From positions 4,736,001 to 4,800,000 of the forward strand of contig OY762428.1 of the NCBI GenBank assembly GCA_963665665.1: a stretch of 64,000 nt of DNA. Reading direction: 5' to 3'. Shown here one piece after another: positions 9,837-18,675 of the stretch. The stretch comes from Candidatus Kapaibacterium sp. (GTDB lineage Bacteria; Bacteroidota; Ignavibacteria; Kapaibacteriales; UBA2268). Every line of letters begins with the position of its first letter. Positions within the stretch are counted from its first letter, which is position 1. Both the position numbers and the translations under genes were made by a program. The notes below the pieces were generated by a model. The model saw nothing but the letters and a program-made list of their open reading frames with translations, was not told where the DNA came from and ran no database searches.

Positions 9837-11081
9837 CTAATTCCCGACTATCTCCCGGTAGGCCTCCAAAGCCTCTGGGAATGGCTGCAGCGTGCGTTCA
9901 ACCACACCATGCATTAATGAAATCAGAATACCATAATTGGTAATAGGAACTCCGCGGTCCCTGGCTTTTTCAATTCGGACTAATTTTTCGTTTCGGGTAA
10001 GCATACAGCCTCCGCAATGTATTATGGCCTTGTATTCTTCAAGGTTTGCCGGGTAATCCCTTCCTGCTACAATATCAAGACTAACTTCCTCTCCTTTAAA
10101 CTGTTTCAGCCATCGTGGTATTTTTACTCTGCCAATATCATCTTCATTAGGGTGGTGGCTGCAGGCTTCGGCAATCAGGATTTTTTCTCCTTTTTTTACA
10201 TTTTCAATAGCAGCAACACCTTTTGATTCTTCAATCAGGTCGCCCTTAAATCTTGAGAATAATATTGAAAATGTGGTGCACAGTATATCGTCAGGTGTGT
10301 TTTTTACCATGTGGTCTACAACCTGGGAATCACAGACAACGAGGTCAGGTTTCCGGCTCAAAGTTTCCAGAACATAAGGATATTCATCGTGCTGAACAAC
10401 TACTGATATTGAATGCCCGTCAAGTAAATCGCGGATAGTCTGTACCTGTGGCAGAATGATTCTTCCCTTAGGTGCTTCGCTGTCTATTGGTACTAAAAGA
10501 ACAACAATGCCGTTTTTAGGAACCAAATCTCTGATCAGCGGTTGTTGTTTCATAAATTCGGGGGGGAGTATAGTGATAATTTCGTGCTTAACGGATTTAA
10601 TGTATTGATCCCTGTTGATTAAATCAATGCTTGAACATGTAACTACCTGCTTCGAAATCTTTTTCATCCTGTCAATGAAATCTGTATCTGGATTTTGGAT
10701 GTCAATTTTGTTTACGGCAATTATCAGTGGAATATTTGATTTCTTTGTTCTGTCGGCGATATCCTGCTCGAATTCTGTCCATTGGTTTGGTTCAATAACC
10801 AGTATTATAATATCTGCCCTGTCAAAAATCTTTTCTGTTCTTTCAATTCGCTTAGTGCCAAGTGTAGAAACATCATCAATACCACCGGTATCAAGAATTG
10901 TAACCGGCCCGATTGGAAGCAATTCCATGGATTTTTCAACAACATCGGTTGTTGTTCCTGGCTCTTCGGATGTTACTGCCACGTCCTGGTTGGCTATCAT
11001 ATTTAATAAACTTGACTTACCAACATTAGTCCTGCCAAAAATTCCTATCTGCAGCCTTAGTGATTTTGGTGTGTTTAGCAT
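9837..11081 (-). CDS. hydF: [FeFe]-hydrogenase H-cluster maturation GTPase
   Basis: GRTNVGKSS, DTGG and NKID GTPase motifs; APKGRIILPQVQ; EACSHH...HCGGCM Fe-S motif. Confidence 0.93.
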   Translation of the reverse strand: MLNTPKSLRLQIGIFGRTNVGKSSLLNMIANQDVAVTSEEPGTTTDVVEKSMELLPIGPVTILDTGGIDDVSTLGTKRIERTEKIFDRADIIILVIEPNQWTEFEQDIADRTKKSNIPLIIAVNKIDIQNPDTDFIDRMKKISKQVVTCSSIDLINRDQYIKSVKHEIITILPPEFMKQQPLIRDLVPKNGIVVLLVPIDSEAPKGRIILPQVQTIRDLLDGHSISVVVQHDEYPYVLETLSRKPDLVVCDSQVVDHMVKNTPDDILCTTFSILFSRFKGDLIEESKGVAAIENVKKGEKILIAEACSHHPNEDDIGRVKIPRWLKQFKGEEVSLDIVAGRDYPANLEEYKAIIHCGGCMLTRNEKLVRIEKARDRGVPITNYGILISLMHGVVERTLQPFPEALEAYREIVGN

Positions 11082-11225
11082 TTTTTCCGTCCCTTAGGTG
11101 AATGTCCCAAAAAATTACTCGTCGTATATCTTTATAGTATATTGTCAAATAAAACTCTTCAGAATACTAAAAATTTTGAAATTTTCAAACATGATATTTT
11201 TTACATCTTAATTGTTATTTGCCTG

Positions 11226-12080
11226 TTAGCTCCCACAACTAAAATCATCCCCGGCGGGGCAAAGAGCCGATTTATAACGGAAGGAATCAGCCGCCGCCTG
11301 GCACAGGCAGAACTCCCTGAACAACCCGTACATTGTCGATCCGCTGCCGGACATCAGGGCAAATTCAGCTCCCTGGTTATAAAGTTCTTCTTTGATTTTC
11401 TTCAATTCGGGATGAAGCCTGAAAGCATTTGGCTCAAAATCATTTATAATATGTTTCTTCAGATACTCCGGATCATCAATATTATCTGTCAGTATTTTCC
11501 TGAAATCTGTAACCGGGTAATTTTTATTTTCCCTGTCTAAGGCTTTGTATGACTGCGGGGTGGGAATATGAATGCCTGGAAACACCAGCAGAAGATGATA
11601 GGGGAGTTTGAAATCAAAATAATTAAGAATTTCACCCCTGCCTGTTCCTACAGCAGCCCCTTCCTTCAGGAAAAAAGGGACATCAGAGCCAAGTTCAAGC
11701 GCAATATTGAAAAGCTCCTGACAGCTTAGGCCGGCATTCCAGAATTCGTTCAATCCTTTCAGCACAGCCGCAGCATCTGAACTTCCCCCGCCAAGTCCGC
11801 CGCCGTCGGGTAATTTTTTTAACAGAGTTATTTTTGCACCTTTGTGTTCTGATTTAATATTTTTTCTTAAATTTACCGCGGCCTTGTAAACCAAATTTTC
11901 TTCATTTGGCAGATCAAGGTCGGGGATGCAGGTTAGTTCAAGCTTTTCGGATGGTTCTATAAATATCTCATCTGAAATGCAAACCGGGATAAATATGGTA
12001 TTTATATCATGAAACCCGTCGTCACGTTTTCTGAGTACCTGAAGCCCGATATTAATTTTAGCGTTAGCTTTTATTTTCAT
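11226..12080 (-). CDS. ispE: 4-diphosphocytidyl-2-C-methyl-D-erythritol kinase
   Basis: AKINIGL, GGGLGGGSSDAA, GSDVPFF, MSGSGS GHMP-kinase motifs. Confidence 0.95.
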   Translation of the reverse strand: MKIKANAKINIGLQVLRKRDDGFHDINTIFIPVCISDEIFIEPSEKLELTCIPDLDLPNEENLVYKAAVNLRKNIKSEHKGAKITLLKKLPDGGGLGGGSSDAAAVLKGLNEFWNAGLSCQELFNIALELGSDVPFFLKEGAAVGTGRGEILNYFDFKLPYHLLLVFPGIHIPTPQSYKALDRENKNYPVTDFRKILTDNIDDPEYLKKHIINDFEPNAFRLHPELKKIKEELYNQGAEFALMSGSGSTMYGLFREFCLCQAAADSFRYKSALCPAGDDFSCGS

Positions 12081-12104
12081 TATTATTCGAATTGTTAATT
12101 TTAC

Positions 12105-12755
12105 ATGGCCAAAAATAAGGAAATATCATACAAACAGGAAATTCTCAGGAAGAGTATTCACCTGTTTTCATTATCATTCCCGATTATTTATTATTTCATT
12201 ACCCGCGACCTGGCGTTGAAAGTACTAATACCAATGACCATTATTGCCGTTGTATTGGATTTGCTTAGCAAGCGCAAGGGAATTGCCAATAAAATTATTT
12301 ATGGTATCTTCGGGAAGATGCTGCGCGCTCACGAGACCGAGAAAAAGTTTACGCTCAACGGGGCTTCATGGGTATTAATTTCTGCAACAACCTGCGTTCT
12401 GATATTCCCTAAAATGTTGATGATAACCGGATTCAGCATACTTATCATTTCTGATATTTCAGCGGCACTGTATGGCCGAAGATATGGCAAACACAAATTT
12501 TTTGACAAATCGTATGAGGGGAGCGCAGCCTTCGTTGTTTCGGCAATCATCGTTGTTGCAGTAATAGGCTGGCTTACAAACGCTCCATTGCCTTATTATG
12601 TTATTGGATGGATTGCATGCTTTTTTGGCGCATGGGCCGAGGCTGCATCAGGCTGGCTGCGGGTTGATGACAATATGTCGATACCCTTGAGCGTCGGAGG
12701 AATTATGTGGATAGGAAATATTATCGGAGAGAGTTTTGGATTTACTTTTTTATAA
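12105..12755 (+). CDS. Dolichol/phytol (polyprenol) kinase family membrane protein
   Basis: RKSIH, SDISAALYGRRYG, KSYEGS and DDN motifs; multiple TM helices. Confidence 0.8.
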   Translation: MAKNKEISYKQEILRKSIHLFSLSFPIIYYFITRDLALKVLIPMTIIAVVLDLLSKRKGIANKIIYGIFGKMLRAHETEKKFTLNGASWVLISATTCVLIFPKMLMITGFSILIISDISAALYGRRYGKHKFFDKSYEGSAAFVVSAIIVVAVIGWLTNAPLPYYVIGWIACFFGAWAEAASGWLRVDDNMSIPLSVGGIMWIGNIIGESFGFTFL

Positions 12756-13254
12756 TTTCAGAATAAAAATATTATTATTTGTCAGCACAGTTTTCGTTTT
12801 GTTATCATGCTCGGGAGAAGAAAATTCATTCGATATAAAAGATTATTATATTGATGATTCCAACCAGGGCAGGATAGTTTTTTTCTTTATTGAAACTTCT
12901 GTTAAGGACAGTGCCGCACTTGGTAAACAGGCCGAAAAAATATTTCAAACTCACGAGGCTTATGCAAATGTCGATTCAGGTAAATTGAAAGTTATTATGG
13001 CTCATTTCTATTCAACTGCGGAAATTGGCGAAGTTCCGGAGGCCGACAGGCAGAGAATTATTGCCGATTACGGTGGAGAAGAGAATTTCCTGAGCAAGGT
13101 AAAATTCGTAAAGAACGGCTTTATGTATGCCGGTTTTTCCAGGAAGATAGGGCGGCTGGATATACCTGTGAATAAAGTTTTCCCTTCGCCTTTCATTGTT
13201 CCTGCTGACGGTTTCAAAGCTGCTGAAATAATCGCTGCAAGGAAGAGGAAGTAG
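12736..13254 (+). CDS. Hypothetical lipoprotein
   Basis: Hydrophobic stretch ending in LLSC lipobox; overlaps the upstream stop. Confidence 0.65.
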   Translation: MDLLFYNFRIKILLFVSTVFVLLSCSGEENSFDIKDYYIDDSNQGRIVFFFIETSVKDSAALGKQAEKIFQTHEAYANVDSGKLKVIMAHFYSTAEIGEVPEADRQRIIADYGGEENFLSKVKFVKNGFMYAGFSRKIGRLDIPVNKVFPSPFIVPADGFKAAEIIAARKRK

Positions 13255-13321
13255 ATAGGTGCTTATTCGGGGGATAAGTATGATGAAAATATCCTTTTAA
13301 AATAACTATTTCCGATACCAA

Positions 13322-13518
13322 AAGTATTTTTAGCTGATTTCTGTTTTGTCCCAATCTCCAAATTAAATTAGCAAATTTAAAATAACCAATGATTTAGCAG
13401 CGAATGTCAACTCTAACATTTAACCTTAACAACCCTCCATTCCTTATCTCTTTGTTCTTATGATTAAGGATACATCAGTTATTGATTTTTATTTATTCTC
13501 GCCCCGAAGGGCGGGGGG
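13322..13518. repeat. Intergenic direct repeat, copy 1 (~200 bp)
   Basis: Aligns along its length with 17481-17676; contains TCTTATGATTAAGGATACATCAGTT (13456-13480) and a CGCCC-CGAA-GGGCG hairpin. Confidence 0.92.
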
Positions 13519-13546
13519 TATTAAATAGAAGTATTAATATTTTAAA

Positions 13547-14716
13547 TCAATTATCAAAATAATAATGATATTCCTTTTGGAAAGTTGGATTATCCCTGAA
13601 TTTTAAATATTCATATTTATTTTTAAAATGAAATATTCGATTATTATCTAAACTATTGAATTTATTTTTTTCAGCATCAGTTCTAAAACAATCAGTAGAA
13701 ATTGAGAATATTTCAATTTTTCCTGAATTTAATTTTTCAAGTATGCATTTTGGTATTGTTATGATAGGGTTTGCTCTTACGTTGAGAGATTTTAATTTTT
13801 TTACATTGCATAAATTTTCATTAATTGAAGTTATCAAATTCCCTGATAAACTTAGAGTTTCCAGATTTCTACTATTTGCTATAGAATTAGGGATACTTTC
13901 GATATTATTGTTTGATAAATTTAGATACTTTAAACTTCTTGAATCGAATATATAATCTGGAATTATTTTCAAATTATTTCTTTCAATACTAAGATATTCT
14001 AATGAATTCATTTGAACAATTTGCTTTGGAATTGTTTCCAAATAGTTATTCTTTAAACTTAAATCAGTTATATTCAAATCAGAAATTACATGAAACAAGC
14101 TGTCTGAGTTATTTAACTGATTATTATTTAAATCTAAAAGATCCAAAGACTTGCATTTCGAAATTTCAGATGGTAAATTTCTTAACAAGTTATTATTCAG
14201 ATGCAAAGACTCTAAGTTCCTCAAATTGCCTATACCTATGGGAATATCTATAATGTAATTATCAGATAAATTAAGAAGATAAATCGATTTAATATCAAAT
14301 ATATTACCTGGGATTTCTTGCAATTGACAATTATTAATAACTAATCTGGTAAGTTGCAAGGGTTTCAGTTTATACAAAAACCTTTGGATATCACAGAATT
14401 CAAAGTTTAAACCATACAATTCAGGGCTATTATTTAATGATTCAAAAAAATTACCCCAATTATCAGAACTACAAGATATCAATCTTATATCTCCCAGTTT
14501 TTTACTAAGAAAAGAGAATTCAGATACTTCTTTGTCAAAAAAACAAAACTGAAAAGTCATAAACTGAATACCATCAAACGATTTAAGAGAGTCAACAAGT
14601 TTCTGGTCGATTATTTCATCTTTGATTAATAAAGAATATGTATTCCTTTCGATTTTTGAATATCCGACAGCTAAAGAAACCACAAATGTTATTATTAATA
14701 CAATTATCTTTTTCAT
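13547..14716 (-). CDS. Leucine-rich-repeat protein with signal peptide; candidate immunity protein
   Basis: Multiple LxxLxLxxNxLxxIP repeats; directly downstream of an Rhs-type toxin CT; very AT-rich. Confidence 0.88.
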   Translation of the reverse strand: MKKIIVLIITFVVSLAVGYSKIERNTYSLLIKDEIIDQKLVDSLKSFDGIQFMTFQFCFFDKEVSEFSFLSKKLGDIRLISCSSDNWGNFFESLNNSPELYGLNFEFCDIQRFLYKLKPLQLTRLVINNCQLQEIPGNIFDIKSIYLLNLSDNYIIDIPIGIGNLRNLESLHLNNNLLRNLPSEISKCKSLDLLDLNNNQLNNSDSLFHVISDLNITDLSLKNNYLETIPKQIVQMNSLEYLSIERNNLKIIPDYIFDSRSLKYLNLSNNNIESIPNSIANSRNLETLSLSGNLITSINENLCNVKKLKSLNVRANPIITIPKCILEKLNSGKIEIFSISTDCFRTDAEKNKFNSLDNNRIFHFKNKYEYLKFRDNPTFQKEYHYYFDN

Positions 14717-14734
14717 CTATAACTCCAATTATTT

Positions 14735-15685
14735 TTAATATCCATAAATCTTTAAAATCGCACCCCATTTTAATCTTATCTCTATATACTCCTTCCCAGA
14801 ATATCTGTAAAAAAAAAACCCGCCACCAAACACGTTATCATGATTAATAATACATCCCCATTGGTGAGGACGTAGTCTATTTTTATTATACTGCATACAT
14901 TTATCAGAATTTAAGGTTAAAAACGAATCACCGGACGAATTTGGAGGACACTCAGCATCAGCATCATGAGTATGTCCTAAGATAAAATAATCAGCTACTT
15001 CAACCAAATCTAAATACTTTTCAAACAGTTTTTCAGAATCAAAATATTCAGTTGTTCCATTTTCTTGATCAATTTCAAATTTTAGAAGCTCTCCTTCTTT
15101 ATTATAAATCATAATATAACCAAGCTCTGGAGTGTATCCTCTACTATTCGAACCTTTTTTATGATAATCATCTCCCCAACGAACTATATCTCGAACTCCC
15201 CTCAATAAATCTAACAAATGTTGAAATGGCGGTAATTTTAATGTTTTATCATCATTAATAATTTCTTTGAGTGTTTTTCCATCGATTTCATCTTTTGTTA
15301 AATCAGTAACATATTTTCCAGGGGTATCTGAATCTGGATTATGTTTTAATATATTACCCTCTTCATCATAAACTGTAGCTGATCCTCGAGCTGCTATTCT
15401 TACACTTGTACTAAAGAAATACCGACATGCATCAGGAAATAACAAAGAGGCAAATGATTCAAAACTTTTACAAAAAATTCTTAACCTATCTTTTTCTGCC
15501 TCCATAAACTCATCCAAATTATCATGAACCATATTAATGTAATCGTGACTTTCACTGTTCATATCAACATCGGCGAACTGAATTTTATCTCTCATCTTCT
15601 CCTTCTCCGGAGCAAGTCCTGAAGGATCGCGCCAGGTCATGGGTGAATTATAAGCATAGGAATATGGGTAGCTGCAATTTGTCAT
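14735..15685 (-). CDS. Orphan Rhs C-terminal toxin module with JAB/MPN-like domain
   Basis: N-terminal PYSYAYNSPMTWRDPSGL is the Rhs core end motif (PxxxxDPxG); later ELGY...GHTH-x9-SSGD resembles the JAMM motif. Confidence 0.78.
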   Translation of the reverse strand: MTNCSYPYSYAYNSPMTWRDPSGLAPEKEKMRDKIQFADVDMNSESHDYINMVHDNLDEFMEAEKDRLRIFCKSFESFASLLFPDACRYFFSTSVRIAARGSATVYDEEGNILKHNPDSDTPGKYVTDLTKDEIDGKTLKEIINDDKTLKLPPFQHLLDLLRGVRDIVRWGDDYHKKGSNSRGYTPELGYIMIYNKEGELLKFEIDQENGTTEYFDSEKLFEKYLDLVEVADYFILGHTHDADAECPPNSSGDSFLTLNSDKCMQYNKNRLRPHQWGCIINHDNVFGGGFFFYRYSGKEYIEIRLKWGAILKIYGY

Positions 15686-16521
15686 TGCAATTCTTTTCTG
15701 TCGTTATCGCTCATATTGTTTACCAGCCTGTCTTCAACTAATATTTTCATCTGCTGGATAGCTGTATTGTTTAGCATTTTAAGCCTCTCCGGCTGACTCA
15801 GTTTCTGCTTTATGAAATAGGCATTCAGATTTTCAAGGTTTGCCAGGCACACAAGCTGGGAAACATTGGCATAATCCCGGATATTGCCCTTCATTTCCGG
15901 GTTTTCATCTCTCCATTGTTTTGCGGTTTTACCAAACAGCGCCATGTTTAGCAGGTCAGCTTCGGAAGCATAAACAAAGTTGATTTGCGAGTTAGACAAC
16001 TCGGGCGGTATTAAATGTTCTTTTATCGCGTCGGTATGGATGCGGTAGTTTATTTTTGTAAGGTTGCGGCGAATATCCCAGCCAAGCTGCGTTTGTTCCA
16101 GGTCTTTCAGTCGTTGGAATTCTTTAATCAGATATATTTTGAACTCAGCGCTTATCCACATACCAAATTCAAATGCAATATCCTTGTGTGCATAAGTGCC
16201 GCCATAGCGTCCCGCTTTAGAAATAATACCGATAGCATTAGTGCTGCTAATCCAATTTTTGCTCGACAGTATAAAACCATTCGAACCGGATTCATTTCTA
16301 ATGTTACGGAATTCAGTAACATTAAAATCCGGATTATGCATTTTCTCCCATAAGCCTATGAATTCAACGGTATATCTTGTACTCATCCAGTGAGAGATAA
16401 CTAAACCCGTGGTTTCAGGATTTTTATATCTTGCAATATCAGTTAAAGAAATATAATCTGATTTCTGTAGAGTTGAAACTGTAATTTCCAGGCCTTTTAC
16501 TTCAATCTTTTTGTTTTTCAT
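15682..16521 (-). CDS. KilA-N domain DNA-binding protein
   Basis: DYISLTDIARYK...GRYGGTYAHKDIAFEFGMWISAEFKIYLIKEFQRLK signature. Confidence 0.92.
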   Translation of the reverse strand: MKNKKIEVKGLEITVSTLQKSDYISLTDIARYKNPETTGLVISHWMSTRYTVEFIGLWEKMHNPDFNVTEFRNIRNESGSNGFILSSKNWISSTNAIGIISKAGRYGGTYAHKDIAFEFGMWISAEFKIYLIKEFQRLKDLEQTQLGWDIRRNLTKINYRIHTDAIKEHLIPPELSNSQINFVYASEADLLNMALFGKTAKQWRDENPEMKGNIRDYANVSQLVCLANLENLNAYFIKQKLSQPERLKMLNNTAIQQMKILVEDRLVNNMSDNDRKELQ

Positions 16522-16690
16522 TGCATTATTCCATGTTTTAATAAGCCTTATCGCAATCTAACAATTTTCTGATAATAATTGAAACATAAGCTGCAATTCA
16601 TGATATTTCTATTCAATTCTTCAATCCCTTCAATGGAAGGTGAATAATTCCGGCTGGCTATGGGGGCTGTATTTATGCTATTTCTGTTCA

Positions 16691-16775
16691 CTCCTTTCCT
16701 TAACTCTCTAATCTTATGATTAAGGATACATCAGTTTTTGATTTTTATTCCATCCCCGCCCCGAAGGGCGGGGGA
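16691..16775. repeat. Intergenic direct repeat, copy 2 (partial, ~85 bp)
   Basis: Identical 25-bp core at 16712-16736 and CCCCGCCC-CGAA-GGGCGGGG hairpin at 16754-16773. Confidence 0.9.
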
Positions 16776-16810
16776 TAATTCATATTTAGATCAAAGATTG
16801 AAAATAATTT

Positions 16811-17404
16811 CTAATTTCCATTTTTTAATTTTCGTTCTTTTGTATTTGAACTTGGAAATATTTTACCATTATCATAAATTAGTTCCCCATTTTCATCCCA
16901 CATTTTACCCTCTCCTTCAGGATTTCCATCAATAATATTTATTTCCTTACTCTTTAAACCATTTGGATGCCACTCAATAAATTTTCCATGAAGTTTACAA
17001 TCTTTATATGATATAGATTTTTCAGGATTTCCATTGTCATAATACGTTGTGAAAGTACCATTTCCATTTGTTACCACTTGATTACCTTCTTTATCCCATG
17101 CATTTATGTTGAGAATATCGCCATCATCCGAAGATTCAACTATCATCATAATTTTTCCATTACTGTAATAATAATTAGCCGTACCAATCATTTTTCCCAT
17201 TTTTTGTTCACTTTCAAAATATAATTGTCCGTTTTCATAATAAAATATTTCTTTGCCATCAGGTAAACCATCTACTGTCCAAACCTTATGTTTTAAATTT
17301 CCATTTGCATATTTTTCAACGTGTAATTCTCTTTTTGCATTGTCACAAGAGAAAAATAAATTCAGCAGCATTAATGTCATAACAAAATTGAATACTCTTC
17401 TCAT
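16811..17404 (-). CDS. MORN-variant repeat lipoprotein (YwqK-like antitoxin/immunity)
   Basis: FFSC lipobox; repeated YYxNGx motifs. Confidence 0.85.
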   Translation of the reverse strand: MRRVFNFVMTLMLLNLFFSCDNAKRELHVEKYANGNLKHKVWTVDGLPDGKEIFYYENGQLYFESEQKMGKMIGTANYYYSNGKIMMIVESSDDGDILNINAWDKEGNQVVTNGNGTFTTYYDNGNPEKSISYKDCKLHGKFIEWHPNGLKSKEINIIDGNPEGEGKMWDENGELIYDNGKIFPSSNTKERKLKNGN

Positions 17405-17480
17405 AATTGTTTCCCTTCGATTTATTTAATATGGATTGTTTAGTAACTCATTCTGTATAAACTAATTATATAGTATAAAG

Positions 17481-17676
17481 AAGTATATTTTAACTGATTT
17501 CTGATTTTTTCCGATATTCAAATAAATTAGTAAATTAAAATAACCAATGATTTAGCAGTGGATGTTAACTCTAACATTTAACCTTAACTATCCTCCATTT
17601 TTTATCTCTCATTTCTTATGATTAAGGATACATCAGTTATTTATTTTAATTTATTCCCGCCCCGAAGGGCGGGGGA
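17481..17676. repeat. Intergenic direct repeat, copy 3 (~200 bp)
   Basis: Core at 17614-17638, hairpin at 17656-17673; colinear with copy 1. Confidence 0.92.
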
Positions 17677-17698
17677 TTGTTTTTTTTGTAGTAATATC

Positions 17699-18244
17699 TC
17701 AATATTCACTTCCATCCCTTTTCCAACGTTTAGGCTCTCCAATCAATCTTCCATTTTTATAATATACTTCCTTCCTAATATTTCCATTTCTGTACCAAGT
17801 AAATGATGTGTCAACCAATTTACTATTTCGATATGTAATCTGGGTTTCTTTTGTTCCATCAGGATAGTAATTAATATAGGTTCCATTCCCATCAATAACC
17901 ATGTGCTTACCGTCTTCACCCCAGTAGTTGCAATTTCTTAAACCACCGGAATTATTGAATTCCAATATTGCCCGAATTTTTCCGGATTCATAATACTGTT
18001 TATGAATGCCTGAATTTCTACCGGAAGTCATCTCTCCTTCATATTCTACTTGTCCATTCATGTAGTATAAGGTCATCTTACCATCCGGAACATTGTTAAC
18101 AACTTCATGAACTGACCTGATTTTACCGTTTCCATATTTTTCAATAACTTTTTCTCTTTTGCCGCAAGAACATATTACTAATATTGATATTAAGATTAAT
18201 AGTTTATAATACATTATTACATTCCTTTTCATTAATTTGATCAT
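17699..18244 (-). CDS. MORN-variant repeat lipoprotein (YwqK-like), paralog of 16811-17404
   Basis: ICSC lipobox; YYxNG repeats; shared EKYxNG, PDGK and GNGT motifs; true start may be a downstream Met. Confidence 0.85.
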   Translation of the reverse strand: MIKLMKRNVIMYYKLLILISILVICSCGKREKVIEKYGNGKIRSVHEVVNNVPDGKMTLYYMNGQVEYEGEMTSGRNSGIHKQYYESGKIRAILEFNNSGGLRNCNYWGEDGKHMVIDGNGTYINYYPDGTKETQITYRNSKLVDTSFTWYRNGNIRKEVYYKNGRLIGEPKRWKRDGSEY

Positions 18245-18272
18245 ATTTTAAAACTAACAATTCCAGATGAAA

Positions 18273-18602
18273 TTACTTCGATTTCAAAAATCCAATTGAC
18301 CGACGTTTTTGTTCCCTGCTGCCTGTTCCGGAAGCACGGTATCTCCAATCCCATTTGTCACAGTCTAAGGTCATAATATCGCATTCAAGGTCTTCATAGT
18401 CTCTGCTATAGTCGTAATCTACAAAATTTTTCAGAAAACTGCCAGAAGTATAATAAAATTCTTTTTGCTCATCATCTCCCCCGGCAGGATAATTATATAT
18501 TTTCCCAAGGCTTACAATAAATAAATTTGGAGAAATAAGCGCCCGTTTGTAATTGAATATCAGTATTAGGGATCGTTTTCCTGTATAAATTATGTAATTC
18601 AT
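18273..18602 (-). CDS. Hypothetical protein, possibly a toxin C-terminal remnant
   Basis: 109-aa ORF just upstream of an immunity-like gene; no recognised motif. Confidence 0.3.
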   Translation of the reverse strand: MNYIIYTGKRSLILIFNYKRALISPNLFIVSLGKIYNYPAGGDDEQKEFYYTSGSFLKNFVDYDYSRDYEDLECDIMTLDCDKWDWRYRASGTGSREQKRRSIGFLKSK

Positions 18603-18675
18603 TGATATTACAGAAAATAATATTTCTGATGCATCCTTCGGAATTGATTATTTGTGCAATAAATCCTTTGATTTG

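Noticed and set aside
13322-17676. Classical integron attC or XerCD dif identity for the cassette repeat
   Set aside because: No properly paired RYYYAAC/GTTRRRY ends, no convincing 11-6-11 dif arms, and no integrase in the window; kept only as an analogy.
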